In this document: piece by piece, positions 1 to 8,269 of the stretch
Numbering within the stretch: the stretch's first letter is position 1
Layout of the letters: every line of letters starts with the position of its first letter
DNA from: an uncultured Spirochaetales bacterium
Lineage (GTDB): Bacteria > Myxococcota_A > UBA9160 > JAFDET01
NCBI GenBank assembly: GCA_964442285.1
Contig: CAYTZH010000009.1
Location: 64,985-128,984 of the forward strand
Length of the DNA: 64,000 nucleotides
Direction of reading: 5' to 3'
Program-made: the position numbers and the translations under genes
The notes under the pieces: generated by a model
The model's input: the letters and a program-made list of their open reading frames with translations, nothing else
Database searches by the model: none
Told to the model about the DNA's origin: nothing

Positions 1-315
1 AAGCCCACCCTGCTCACTCCCGAGGACGCCCTCGAGCTGGCGCGCCGGGCGATCGACGCGGGCCTCGCGCTGGTGGTGACCTCCGCCCTCGACGGGGCCG
101 TGGGCCGCGCCGCGGCGCTGCACTTCGCGGCGGCGCTGCCCGCCCCGCTCCGTCCCGCCGGGCTCGCCACCGGCGCGCTCCTCGCCGACGACCTGGCCGC
201 CGCGCCGGAGCCCGCGAGGGGGCGTCTGGAGGTTCCGAGCGGACCGGGGCTCGGGATCGAGCCGGATCCGCGAGCCCTCGCCCGCCTCGGCGCCGCAGCG
301 GGAGCCGCCGCGTGA
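1..315 (+). CDS. menC: Enolase-superfamily protein, C-terminal end only (probable o-succinylbenzoate synthase); 5' end outside window
   Basis: Frame 1 is open from base 1 to TGA 313-315. The tail '...LVVTSALDGAVGRAAALHFAAALP...GPGLGIE' resembles the C-terminal barrel of MLE/OSBS enzymes. GTGA overlap with the downstream OSB-CoA-ligase-like gene. Confidence 0.5.
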   Translation, partial: KPTLLTPEDALELARRAIDAGLALVVTSALDGAVGRAAALHFAAALPAPLRPAGLATGALLADDLAAAPEPARGRLEVPSGPGLGIEPDPRALARLGAAAGAAA

Positions 316-1757
316 AGACGCCGATCTGGATCGAGCAGCGCGCCGACCTGGCACCGCACGACCCGGCGCTCTGCTTCGGCGACGCGGTCTGGACCTGGCG
401 CGCGCTCGCCCGTGCCAGCCGCCGCCGCGCCGAGGCGCTGCGCGGCGCGGGGGTGCGCCCCGGGGACCTCCTGGCGGTGCTCGGCGGGAACGCCCCCGAC
501 GCCGTCGCGCTCTTCCACGCGGCGGCGCGCTGCGGCGCGTCGCTGCTGCCCCTGAACCTCCGCCTCACCGAGGCCGAGCGCCGCGGCCTCCTCGAGGACG
601 CCCGGGCCGACTGGCTGGTGGTCGATGCGGGGCCGCCCAAGGCCCTGGCCGCGACCGACACCGATCCGTGCGAGTTGCCCCTCGCGAGCGGCATCTCCCT
701 CGATGCGGTCTGCGCCGTCCTCTACACCTCGGGCACCACGGGCCGGCCCAAGGGCGCGGAGCTCTCCTTCGGCGCCTTCCTGGCCAGCGCGGTGGCCTCG
801 GCGGCGCTGCTCGGAGCCCCGCCCGGGGAGCGCTGGCTCGCCTGCATGCCCCTCTACCACGTCGGCGGACTGGCGATCCTGGCGCGGAGCGCGCTCTTCG
901 GTGCCTGCGTCGTGCTCCACGAGCGCTTCGACCCCGAGGCCGTGGCGCGGAGCCTCGCCGAAGACGGCATCACCGTCGTGTCGCTCGTGCCGACCATGCT
1001 CCGCCGCCTGCTCGAGACCTGGGGCGACGCCCCGCCGCCCGCCTCGCTCCGCTGCGCGCTAGTCGGTGGGGGGCCGCTCGCGCCCAGCCTGCTGGAGCGG
1101 GCGTGGCGAGCCGGCTGGCCGGTCAGCCCCACCTATGGACTCACGGAGGCGTGCTCCCAGGTGGCCACGCTGCCGCCGGGACGGCGGAGCCCCGTCGGCG
1201 CCGCCGGGCGCGCGCTGCCGGGAACCGAGCTGTCGATCCGCGACGACGCGGGAGGCGCGCTGCCCGCCGGCGAGATCGGCGAGATCTGCGTTCGCGGCCC
1301 GACGCTCATGCGCGGCTACCGGGACCGGCTCGACGCCACGACCCGGGCGCTGCGCGGCGGCTGGCTGCACACGGGCGACGCCGGCTTCCTCGACACCGGG
1401 GGCTTTCTGCACGTGGTCGACCGGCGCAGCGACCTGGTGGTGAGCGGTGGGGAGAACGTCTATCCCGCCGAGGTGGAGGCCGTGCTCGCCGCCCATCCGG
1501 ACGTGGCGGAGGCGGGCGTCGCGGGCGAGCCCGACCCGGACCTGGGTCAGCGGGTGGCCGCCTGGGTGGTGCCGGTCGCGGGACGAGCCGTCGATCCGGC
1601 CGCCCTCGAGTCCTTCTGTCGCGAGCGGCTCGCCGGCTTCAAGCGGCCGCGGGCGATCTACCGGGTGAACGCGCTCCCGCGCACGGCGTCGGGCAAGCTG
1701 CGGCGGTCGGCGCTGACCTCCGACTCCGACGGCGGCGGGGGCACCAGCGCCTCGTAG
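312..1757 (+). CDS. menE: AMP-dependent synthetase/ligase, probable o-succinylbenzoate--CoA ligase
   Basis: 481-aa ORF with the adenylation motifs 'YTSGTTGRPKGA', 'TYGLTE' and 'GDAGFLDTGGFLHVVDR'. Size and position after the menC-like gene fit MenE. Confidence 0.75.
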   Translation: MKTPIWIEQRADLAPHDPALCFGDAVWTWRALARASRRRAEALRGAGVRPGDLLAVLGGNAPDAVALFHAAARCGASLLPLNLRLTEAERRGLLEDARADWLVVDAGPPKALAATDTDPCELPLASGISLDAVCAVLYTSGTTGRPKGAELSFGAFLASAVASAALLGAPPGERWLACMPLYHVGGLAILARSALFGACVVLHERFDPEAVARSLAEDGITVVSLVPTMLRRLLETWGDAPPPASLRCALVGGGPLAPSLLERAWRAGWPVSPTYGLTEACSQVATLPPGRRSPVGAAGRALPGTELSIRDDAGGALPAGEIGEICVRGPTLMRGYRDRLDATTRALRGGWLHTGDAGFLDTGGFLHVVDRRSDLVVSGGENVYPAEVEAVLAAHPDVAEAGVAGEPDPDLGQRVAAWVVPVAGRAVDPAALESFCRERLAGFKRPRAIYRVNALPRTASGKLRRSALTSDSDGGGGTSAS

Positions 1758-2157
1758 GAGGTCGCGATCCGCAGGGCCGCGCCCAGGCCGAGCCGTGCCA
1801 TGAGCGCCTCGACGAGCGCTCGCTGCGCGGACTCCGCCTCGGTGCTCCCATCGAAGACGGCCTCGAGCTCCATGAAGGAGCCCAGCCCCTCCACCCGGTC
1901 CAGGTGGATGCGCACGTGGTGGTGGAGGAAGATCTCGCGCCGCTTCGTCACCACCCGGTCGACGCCGAGCAGCTCCTCCAGCAGCGCCTTCGTCGCGAGA
2001 GGCTCGACTCGCGCAGCTTGAGCCGCCCCCGGCGCGTCCGGAAGTAGGTGTCCACCTGGTCGTCGACGCCCACGTACCCCGTGGCCAGCGCCCGCGCCCG
2101 CTCGCGCAGGGCGGCCAGGTCGTCGCAGCGGGCCTTGATCTCGAAGTTCGCACTCAT
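1658..2157 (-). pseudogene. CYTH-domain (class IV adenylate cyclase / CyaB-like) gene, disrupted by a frameshift and apparent internal loss
   Basis: From ATG 2157 the reading 'MSANFEIKARCDDLAALRERA...TYFRTRRGRLKLRE' runs into a stop at 1948. The CYTH C-terminal half '...VEPLATKALLEELLGVDRVVTKRREIFLHHHVRIHLDRVEGLGSFMELEAVF...SYEAL' continues in another frame (ORF 1658-1954). The expected segment between the two halves is missing. Confidence 0.55.
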
Positions 2158-2179
2158 CCGAGCCGCTCGAAGTCGACGC

Positions 2180-2788
2180 TCACCCGACGCCCAGCAGCGC
2201 GGGGAGCTCCGAGAGCCGGTCCGCCCGGGCGTCGCCGTCCATGCGGAAGCCCACGAAGCGCACGCCCGCGGCGCGGGCCGCGTCGCGGTCGTTGTGGGTG
2301 TCGCCCACCAGCACCGCGTCGTCGGTCGAGGCACGCAGGGCGCGGCAGGCCGCCAGCACCATGTCGGGGGCCGGCTTGGCGTTCGGGACGTCGGTCCCGC
2401 CCACCACGGCGTCGAGGGCGAGCCCGCCCCGCTCGAGGACGGCGCGGGCGATGGGCGCCGGCGTATTGGTCACCAGCGCCAGCCCGCAGCCGGCGCCGCG
2501 CAGGGCGGCGATCACGGCGGGGCCTTCGGCATCGAAGCGGAGGCGCTCCGCGTGGTCGAGGTAGAGGGCGTCGTAGCGGCGCTCGATCTCCGCCACGTCG
2601 TGGCGGGGGAAGCAGCGCTCCACGTCCTGCTCGATTCCCTGACCCCACATGTCGGCGAAGGCCCCGGGCGCGATGGCCGCGTAGCCGAGGTCGCGCGCCA
2701 CCCGGTTCATCACGTGGAACCAGACGTCGTAGCTGTCGACCAGCACGCCATCGAGATCGAAGAGCACGGCCCGGGCCCGCGGGCTCAC
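2180..2788 (-). CDS. HAD-superfamily hydrolase (phosphoglycolate-phosphatase-like)
   Basis: The tail of ORF 2180-4216 reads 'VLFDLDGVLVDS...LVTNTP...KPAPD...GDTHNDRDAARAAG' (HAD motifs I-IV). GTG 2788 overlaps the upstream TGA as GTGA. Confidence 0.8.
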   Translation of the reverse strand: MSPRARAVLFDLDGVLVDSYDVWFHVMNRVARDLGYAAIAPGAFADMWGQGIEQDVERCFPRHDVAEIERRYDALYLDHAERLRFDAEGPAVIAALRGAGCGLALVTNTPAPIARAVLERGGLALDAVVGGTDVPNAKPAPDMVLAACRALRASTDDAVLVGDTHNDRDAARAAGVRFVGFRMDGDARADRLSELPALLGVG

Positions 2789-4164
2789 GCGTGGCCCCGT
2801 CGCTCGACGAAGCTCCGGGTCTCGGCGACCACGACGCCCGAGAGCAGCACCAGGCCGATCAGGTTGGGGAGCGCCATGAGCCCGTTCATGACGTCGGAGA
2901 AGAGCCAGATGGCCCGCCCCAGGAACCACGGTCCGATCACCACCATGGCGGCGAACACCACCCGGTAGGGCACCACGGCCCGGGTGCCGAGCAGGAACTG
3001 CAGGGACTTCTCGCCGTAGTAGCTCCAGCCGAGGACGGTCGTGAAGGCGAAGACGGACAGACCCAGCGCCACCAGGGCGCTGCCGAAGGTCCCCGGCAGG
3101 CTGATCTCGAAGGCCGTGGCAGTCATGGCCGAGCCGTCGGTGCCGGCCAGCTGCGACGGATCCTGGACCGCGGTGGTGAGGATCACCAGGCCGGTCAGCG
3201 TGCAGATGACCAGGGTGTCGATGAAGGTCTGGGTCATCGAGACCAGGGCCTGGCGCGCGGGCTCCCGGGTCTCCGCGGCCGCGGCGGCGATGCCGGCCGA
3301 GCCCAGGCCGCTCTCGTTGGAGAAGATGCCGCGGGCCACACCGAAGCGGATCGCCGCGGCGACGCCGGCGCCCGCGAGCCCGCCGCCGAGGGCGTCGCCG
3401 CCGAAGGCGCCGACGAACACCGCGGCCAGCGCCTGGGGGATGTAGGCGACGTTCAGGATCAGGACGACCACCGCCGCCACCAGGTACCCGACGAGCATGA
3501 TGGGGACGAGCACGCCGGCCACCCGGCCGAGGGAGCGGATCCCGCCGAGGGTCACCCCGGCCACGCCCACCGCCATCACCCCCTGCACGAGGCGCGGACT
3601 CCAGCCGAAGCTGTCGTGCAGGGCGTTGCCCACCGCCTGCCCCTGCACCCCGTTGCCGATCCCGAAGGCGGCAACGGCAGCGAAGAGCGCGTAGGCCGCG
3701 CCCAGGGGAACCCCGACCCGGGGGATTCCGCGGGCCAGGAAGTACATCGGGCCCCCGGACATGTGGCCGCGGTCGTCCACTTCGCGGTAGCGCACCGAGA
3801 GCAGGCCCTCGGCGTACTTGGTCGCCATGCCCACCAGGCCCGTCATCCACATCCAGAACAGGGCCCCGGGCCCGCCCGCGGCGATGGCGGTGGCCACGCC
3901 GGCGATGTTGCCCGTGCCGACGGTGGCCGCGAGGGCGGTCATCAGGGACTGGAAGTGGGAGATGTCGCCCTGGGCCGTGCGCTCCTTCCGCACCACCAGG
4001 GCGAACCAGAGCGAGTGGCCCAGCTGGGTGAACTGGATGCCGCGAAGCAGCCAGGTCAGGTAGAGCCCGACCGCCGCCAGCAGCGGCGTCAGGAACGCCG
4101 GCCCCCAGATGAATCCGGACGCGGCGTCGAGCCATTGCTCCACGCTCCGGGAGAAGTCGCTCAT
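2785..4164 (-). CDS. Alanine/glycine:cation symporter (AGCS family)
   Basis: 459-aa polytopic ORF containing 'ISHFQSLMTALAATVGTGNIAGVATAIAAGGPGALFWMW', which is typical of AGCS transporters. Confidence 0.9.
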   Translation of the reverse strand: MSDFSRSVEQWLDAASGFIWGPAFLTPLLAAVGLYLTWLLRGIQFTQLGHSLWFALVVRKERTAQGDISHFQSLMTALAATVGTGNIAGVATAIAAGGPGALFWMWMTGLVGMATKYAEGLLSVRYREVDDRGHMSGGPMYFLARGIPRVGVPLGAAYALFAAVAAFGIGNGVQGQAVGNALHDSFGWSPRLVQGVMAVGVAGVTLGGIRSLGRVAGVLVPIMLVGYLVAAVVVLILNVAYIPQALAAVFVGAFGGDALGGGLAGAGVAAAIRFGVARGIFSNESGLGSAGIAAAAAETREPARQALVSMTQTFIDTLVICTLTGLVILTTAVQDPSQLAGTDGSAMTATAFEISLPGTFGSALVALGLSVFAFTTVLGWSYYGEKSLQFLLGTRAVVPYRVVFAAMVVIGPWFLGRAIWLFSDVMNGLMALPNLIGLVLLSGVVVAETRSFVERRGHA

Positions 4165-4260
4165 CGGCCTTTCGCGGGGGTCGACGCAGCCTACGCGGAC
4201 CGGCAGCAGGGGTCAACCCGGCGAGCCTCGCTGGCGGCGACCGACTACCATGGCGCCCCC

Positions 4261-5601
4261 ATGGAGCAGCGGCGGCTCTCGATCGGCACCAAGGCCGTGT
4301 ACGCGCTGGGCGACCACACGGTCAACATCGTGCTCACCTCGACGAGCCTGCTCTACCTTCCATTCCTCACCGACAAGATCGGCCTGCCGGGCACCCTCGC
4401 CGGCGCCATTCCCTGGATCGGTCGCATCGTCGACGCTTTCACGGACCCCGCCATGGGCCGGCTCTCGGACGTCACCACCTGGTCGCGCGGGCGCCGCCGA
4501 CCCTACTTCCTGATCGGCTGCATCCCGTTCGGCCTGGGATTCGCGGCGCTGTGGCTGGACTTCTCGGCGGCGTCGATGGTCGGCCGCTTCGCCTACTACA
4601 CCTTCGCCTACGTGATGCTCTCCCTCGCCATGACCGTCGTGGCCGTGCCCTATCTCTCGCTCATCCCAGAGATGTCCCGCGACTACGACGAGCGCACCTC
4701 GCTCAACACCTGGCGCGCCGCGGGCGGCTTCGTGGCCCTGTTCGTGGCCATGGGCATCAGCCTGCTCGCCCGCGCCTGGGGCGACGACGCCGCGGCCTGG
4801 CGCCAGGCCGCCACGCTGGGCGGGGTGTGGATCGCCCTGCCCTGGCTGGCCGTCTACGCCGTGAGCTTCGAGCGCCCCCTGCGCGCGGGCAGTACGACCC
4901 TGCGCTTCACCGAGGGTCTGCGCACCCTGGGACAGCACGAGACCTTCCGGACCCTGCTCGCCGTCTACATCCCCAGCCGCGTCGCCATCGACATGGTGGC
5001 CGCCATGTTCCTCTACTACGTGACCTGGGTGGTGGGCCGCGAGGAGGACTTCGAGCTCGCCATGATCCTGCTCTTCGTGGTGGTGATCGCCTTCCTGCCC
5101 ATGTGGCTGGGGCTGGCGCGCCACTTCGACAAGCGCAGCGTGTTCGTGCTGGGCATGGTGTGGTGGATCGTGGCGCAGGCCATGATCCTCTTCGGGTCGC
5201 CGGACTGGCCTCGCTGGGTGCTCTTCGCCGTGGCCGCCTTCGCCGGGGTGGGCTACGGCGTGGCCGACTTCATGCCCTGGGCCATGCTCCCGGACGTGAT
5301 CGACGAGGACGAGCTGGCGTCGGGGCAGCGTCGCGAGGGACTCTACACCGGAATGTTCACGTTCGTGCGCAAGATCGGAGGCGCGACCGCGGTGCTGCTG
5401 ATCGGCGTCAGCCTCGACGTGGCGGGCTACGACGGAACGGCGGAGACCCAGTCGGGCGTGGCCGTCGGGACCATTCGCGTGCTGATGGGCGTGGTCCCGA
5501 CCCTCTTCCTGCTGAGCTCGCTGTGGGCCGCGCGCCGCTACCGGCTCACGCGCGACGCCCACCATCGGATCCTGCTCGAGCTCGACGCGCGCCGGAGCTG
5601 A
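4261..5601 (+). CDS. MFS transporter, GPH/MFS_2 type
   Basis: ATG 4261 within ORF 2791-5601. Contains 'DAFTDPAMGRLSD...RGRRRPYFL', the GPH-family signature, and about 12 hydrophobic segments. Confidence 0.85.
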   Translation: MEQRRLSIGTKAVYALGDHTVNIVLTSTSLLYLPFLTDKIGLPGTLAGAIPWIGRIVDAFTDPAMGRLSDVTTWSRGRRRPYFLIGCIPFGLGFAALWLDFSAASMVGRFAYYTFAYVMLSLAMTVVAVPYLSLIPEMSRDYDERTSLNTWRAAGGFVALFVAMGISLLARAWGDDAAAWRQAATLGGVWIALPWLAVYAVSFERPLRAGSTTLRFTEGLRTLGQHETFRTLLAVYIPSRVAIDMVAAMFLYYVTWVVGREEDFELAMILLFVVVIAFLPMWLGLARHFDKRSVFVLGMVWWIVAQAMILFGSPDWPRWVLFAVAAFAGVGYGVADFMPWAMLPDVIDEDELASGQRREGLYTGMFTFVRKIGGATAVLLIGVSLDVAGYDGTAETQSGVAVGTIRVLMGVVPTLFLLSSLWAARRYRLTRDAHHRILLELDARRS

Positions 5602-5606
5602 GCCCG

Positions 5607-6812
5607 TTGGCCCGGGTGTTCTACGGCTGGCGCATCGTCGCCGTCGCCTTCGTCTGCGACTTCGTCGCGACCGGCTTCCTCTTCTACTCCTACGGGATCT
5701 TCTTCAAGGCCATGGCCGCGGACTTCGGCGGCTCGCGGCTGGGCGTCTCCCTGGGGCTCGGCCTCGTCAACCTGGTGGGCGGCCTGGCCGCGCCGTTCGT
5801 GGGACGCGCGGTGGATCGCCTGCCCATCCGCCGCATCATGCTGGCGGGCGCCCTGGCCTCGAGCGTGGGCTACGCCCTCATCTCCCGGGTCGACGCGCTC
5901 TGGCAGTACTACGCCCTGCTGGGCACGTTCATCGCCCTGGGCAACCTGGGCATGGCGAACATCACGAGCCAGACCCTGGTGGCCAACTGGTTCGTCGCCC
6001 GCCGCGGTCGCGCGCTGGGCATCGCCACCATGGGCATCTCGCTCTCCGGTGTGGTCATGCCCCTGGTCGCCACCTGGCTGGTCACCCGGGTGGGCTGGCG
6101 CGGGGGCATGCTGGTCTTCGCCGTCGCCACGCTGCTGCTGGTGATGCCCCTGGTGGCGGCCGTGGTGGTGAAGCGCCCCGAGGACCTGGGGCTCGAGCCC
6201 GACGGAGCGGAGCCGCCCGCCGCAGGAGCCCCCCCGACCTCGGAACGGGTCTGGGCCAGCGCCGAGCTCCTCCGCGAGCCCCGCTTCTGGGTGCTCGTCG
6301 CCACCTTCGGCCTGGGCATGTTCGCGGTCTCGGGAATCCTGACCCACCTGCGCAACCACCTGACCGACCTGGGGATCGGACCCTGGTGGGCGGCCTCGGC
6401 CCTCTCCCTGGCCGCCGGCCTCGGCGTGCTCGGCAAGTACGTCTTCGGCGCGCTGGCCGACCGGGGCGACCCGCGTATGGCGGTGTGGACGTCCTTCGGC
6501 GCCCAGCTCGGGGGCCTGCTCCTGATCATGACGGGGAGCGACGGTCTCGCCCTCGCGGCGGGCGCGGGCGCCTTCGGACTGGGCATGGGTGGCCTGGTGC
6601 CGCTCAACGCCACCCTCGCGGGCCAGGCCTTCGGCCGGCTCTCCTACGGCAAGGCCATGGGCCTGATGCGCCCCTTCCAGATCCCGCTCCACGCGGCGGG
6701 CGTGCCCCTGGCCGGCTGGGCCTTCGACGCCACCGGAAGCTACGACCTGGCGTTCCAGATCTACGTGGTGGCGTTCCTGCTCGCCGCGGCCGCCGTCTCC
6801 CGGTTCCGCTAG
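5607..6812 (+). CDS. MFS transporter (oxalate/formate-antiporter-like)
   Basis: In-frame TTG 5607 or GTG 5616 within ORF 4551-6812. N-terminus 'RVFYGWRIVAVAFVCDFVATGFLFYSYGIFF' and about 12 TM segments. Confidence 0.8.
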   Translation: MARVFYGWRIVAVAFVCDFVATGFLFYSYGIFFKAMAADFGGSRLGVSLGLGLVNLVGGLAAPFVGRAVDRLPIRRIMLAGALASSVGYALISRVDALWQYYALLGTFIALGNLGMANITSQTLVANWFVARRGRALGIATMGISLSGVVMPLVATWLVTRVGWRGGMLVFAVATLLLVMPLVAAVVVKRPEDLGLEPDGAEPPAAGAPPTSERVWASAELLREPRFWVLVATFGLGMFAVSGILTHLRNHLTDLGIGPWWAASALSLAAGLGVLGKYVFGALADRGDPRMAVWTSFGAQLGGLLLIMTGSDGLALAAGAGAFGLGMGGLVPLNATLAGQAFGRLSYGKAMGLMRPFQIPLHAAGVPLAGWAFDATGSYDLAFQIYVVAFLLAAAAVSRFR

Positions 6813-6833
6813 CGGCGTCGGCCGGATCGGGCC

Positions 6834-8240
6834 TCAGGCGACGAGGCCGGAGTTGCGCAGCGCCTCGCGCACGAAGCGGTGCACTTGCGGGTGGAACCGG
6901 AAGCTCAGGTGCGCACCCTGGTACCACTCGATGCGCGGCTGCTCCCAGTGCGCCCAGAGGTCCCGCACCTGATCCGGCGTGACCAGCCGGTCGGAGACCC
7001 CGGCGAAGATGTAGCGCCGCTCGTGGGGCACGACGGGCTCGAGGGCGAGCGGCGACACCACCCGCATCAGGGTCTCGGTCCGGGCGCGGTGGATGCCGCG
7101 GCGTTCGCCGGCCTGGATCAGCACCGAGGGCCCGTGGCGCCAGACGGCGCGGCTGATGTCCGCCAGGGGGATGCCGGCGATGGCGCAGGCGATCTCCTCG
7201 TCGAGCCCGGCGAGGAGCGCCGTCTGGTAGCCGCCCAGGGAGAGGCCCAGGACGCCGACCGCGGGCGCGTCCTGGGCGCGCACCCACGAGAGCAGGCGCC
7301 GGATGTCCCACATGGCCTGGGCCTCGGCGTGGATGGTGTCCAGGGCGTCGCCGGCCAGGAAGCCGTCGCCGCTGCGCCGCCCCACCCGGCGCTTGCCGTG
7401 AAAGGGCAGGTTGGGGATCAGCAGGTTCAGCCCGAGGGTGTCGTGGAAGTACTCGGGCGGGAACACGGTGAGGTCGACGGCGGGCATGCCCATCTGGAAG
7501 CCCGGCACGCAGACGAGCCAGGGCCGGGGGCCCCCCTCGTGCCGCTTCACCCAGGCGTGGGCGGTGCGATTGGGCGTGTAGCCGAGCCAGCGTTCTCGGC
7601 CCGGCTCCTCGGGATGGGGCTCGTACCCGCTCTCGAAGGAGAGGTGCTCGTACGCCACCCGGCGGGCGCGGGCCGGACGCAGGGTGACCTCGCGGAGCGG
7701 TGGCGGCGACTGGTGGTAGCGGACCGGCTTCTCCAGCCAGCCGCGCGCCTCGAAGAGGGCCTCGGCCTGCTCGGCCTCCTCGACCATGCGCTCCCAGTTG
7801 CCGGGCCCCGCGTGGGGCAGGGTGAGCTGCATGATGCCGAGGAGCGCCTCGTCGGTCGCCACCTGGGCGGCCAGGGGTATGTTGGAGCGGGGCCGGGGAA
7901 CGTGGAGCTCCGGCCCCTCGTAGCCGACCGTGATGAAGCCGGCGGCCAGGAAGGAGGCGGCGGAGAGCGCGATCAGCGCGAGGCCCGTGAGGGGCCCGGC
8001 CACCCACAGCGACGGCACGGCGAGGGGGATCCCGAGCAGCCCGCCCAGGGCGGTGAACTCGGGGATGCGGATGTCGCCGGGCCAGAGCAGGATGGCCACC
8101 CCGGAGGCGAGCAGCAGGCAGCCGGGAATCACCGAGAAGAGGAAGCCCACGGCACCGAAGCTCGCGGCGCACCAGAGCCAGACCAGACCCGAGAGAATGG
8201 GAACCCAGGCAGCGCGCGGCCAGCGCGGTACTTCGCTCAC
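6834..8240 (-). CDS. Membrane-anchored alpha/beta-hydrolase
   Basis: 468 aa. The N-terminal ~100 aa are hydrophobic (about 4 TM). The C-terminal domain has the nucleophile elbow 'GLSLGG' and the sequence 'LIPNLPFHGKR'. Confidence 0.8.
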   Translation of the reverse strand: MSEVPRWPRAAWVPILSGLVWLWCAASFGAVGFLFSVIPGCLLLASGVAILLWPGDIRIPEFTALGGLLGIPLAVPSLWVAGPLTGLALIALSAASFLAAGFITVGYEGPELHVPRPRSNIPLAAQVATDEALLGIMQLTLPHAGPGNWERMVEEAEQAEALFEARGWLEKPVRYHQSPPPLREVTLRPARARRVAYEHLSFESGYEPHPEEPGRERWLGYTPNRTAHAWVKRHEGGPRPWLVCVPGFQMGMPAVDLTVFPPEYFHDTLGLNLLIPNLPFHGKRRVGRRSGDGFLAGDALDTIHAEAQAMWDIRRLLSWVRAQDAPAVGVLGLSLGGYQTALLAGLDEEIACAIAGIPLADISRAVWRHGPSVLIQAGERRGIHRARTETLMRVVSPLALEPVVPHERRYIFAGVSDRLVTPDQVRDLWAHWEQPRIEWYQGAHLSFRFHPQVHRFVREALRNSGLVA

Positions 8241-8269
8241 GATCGACTCCTCACTCCCGCTCCCCGCTC

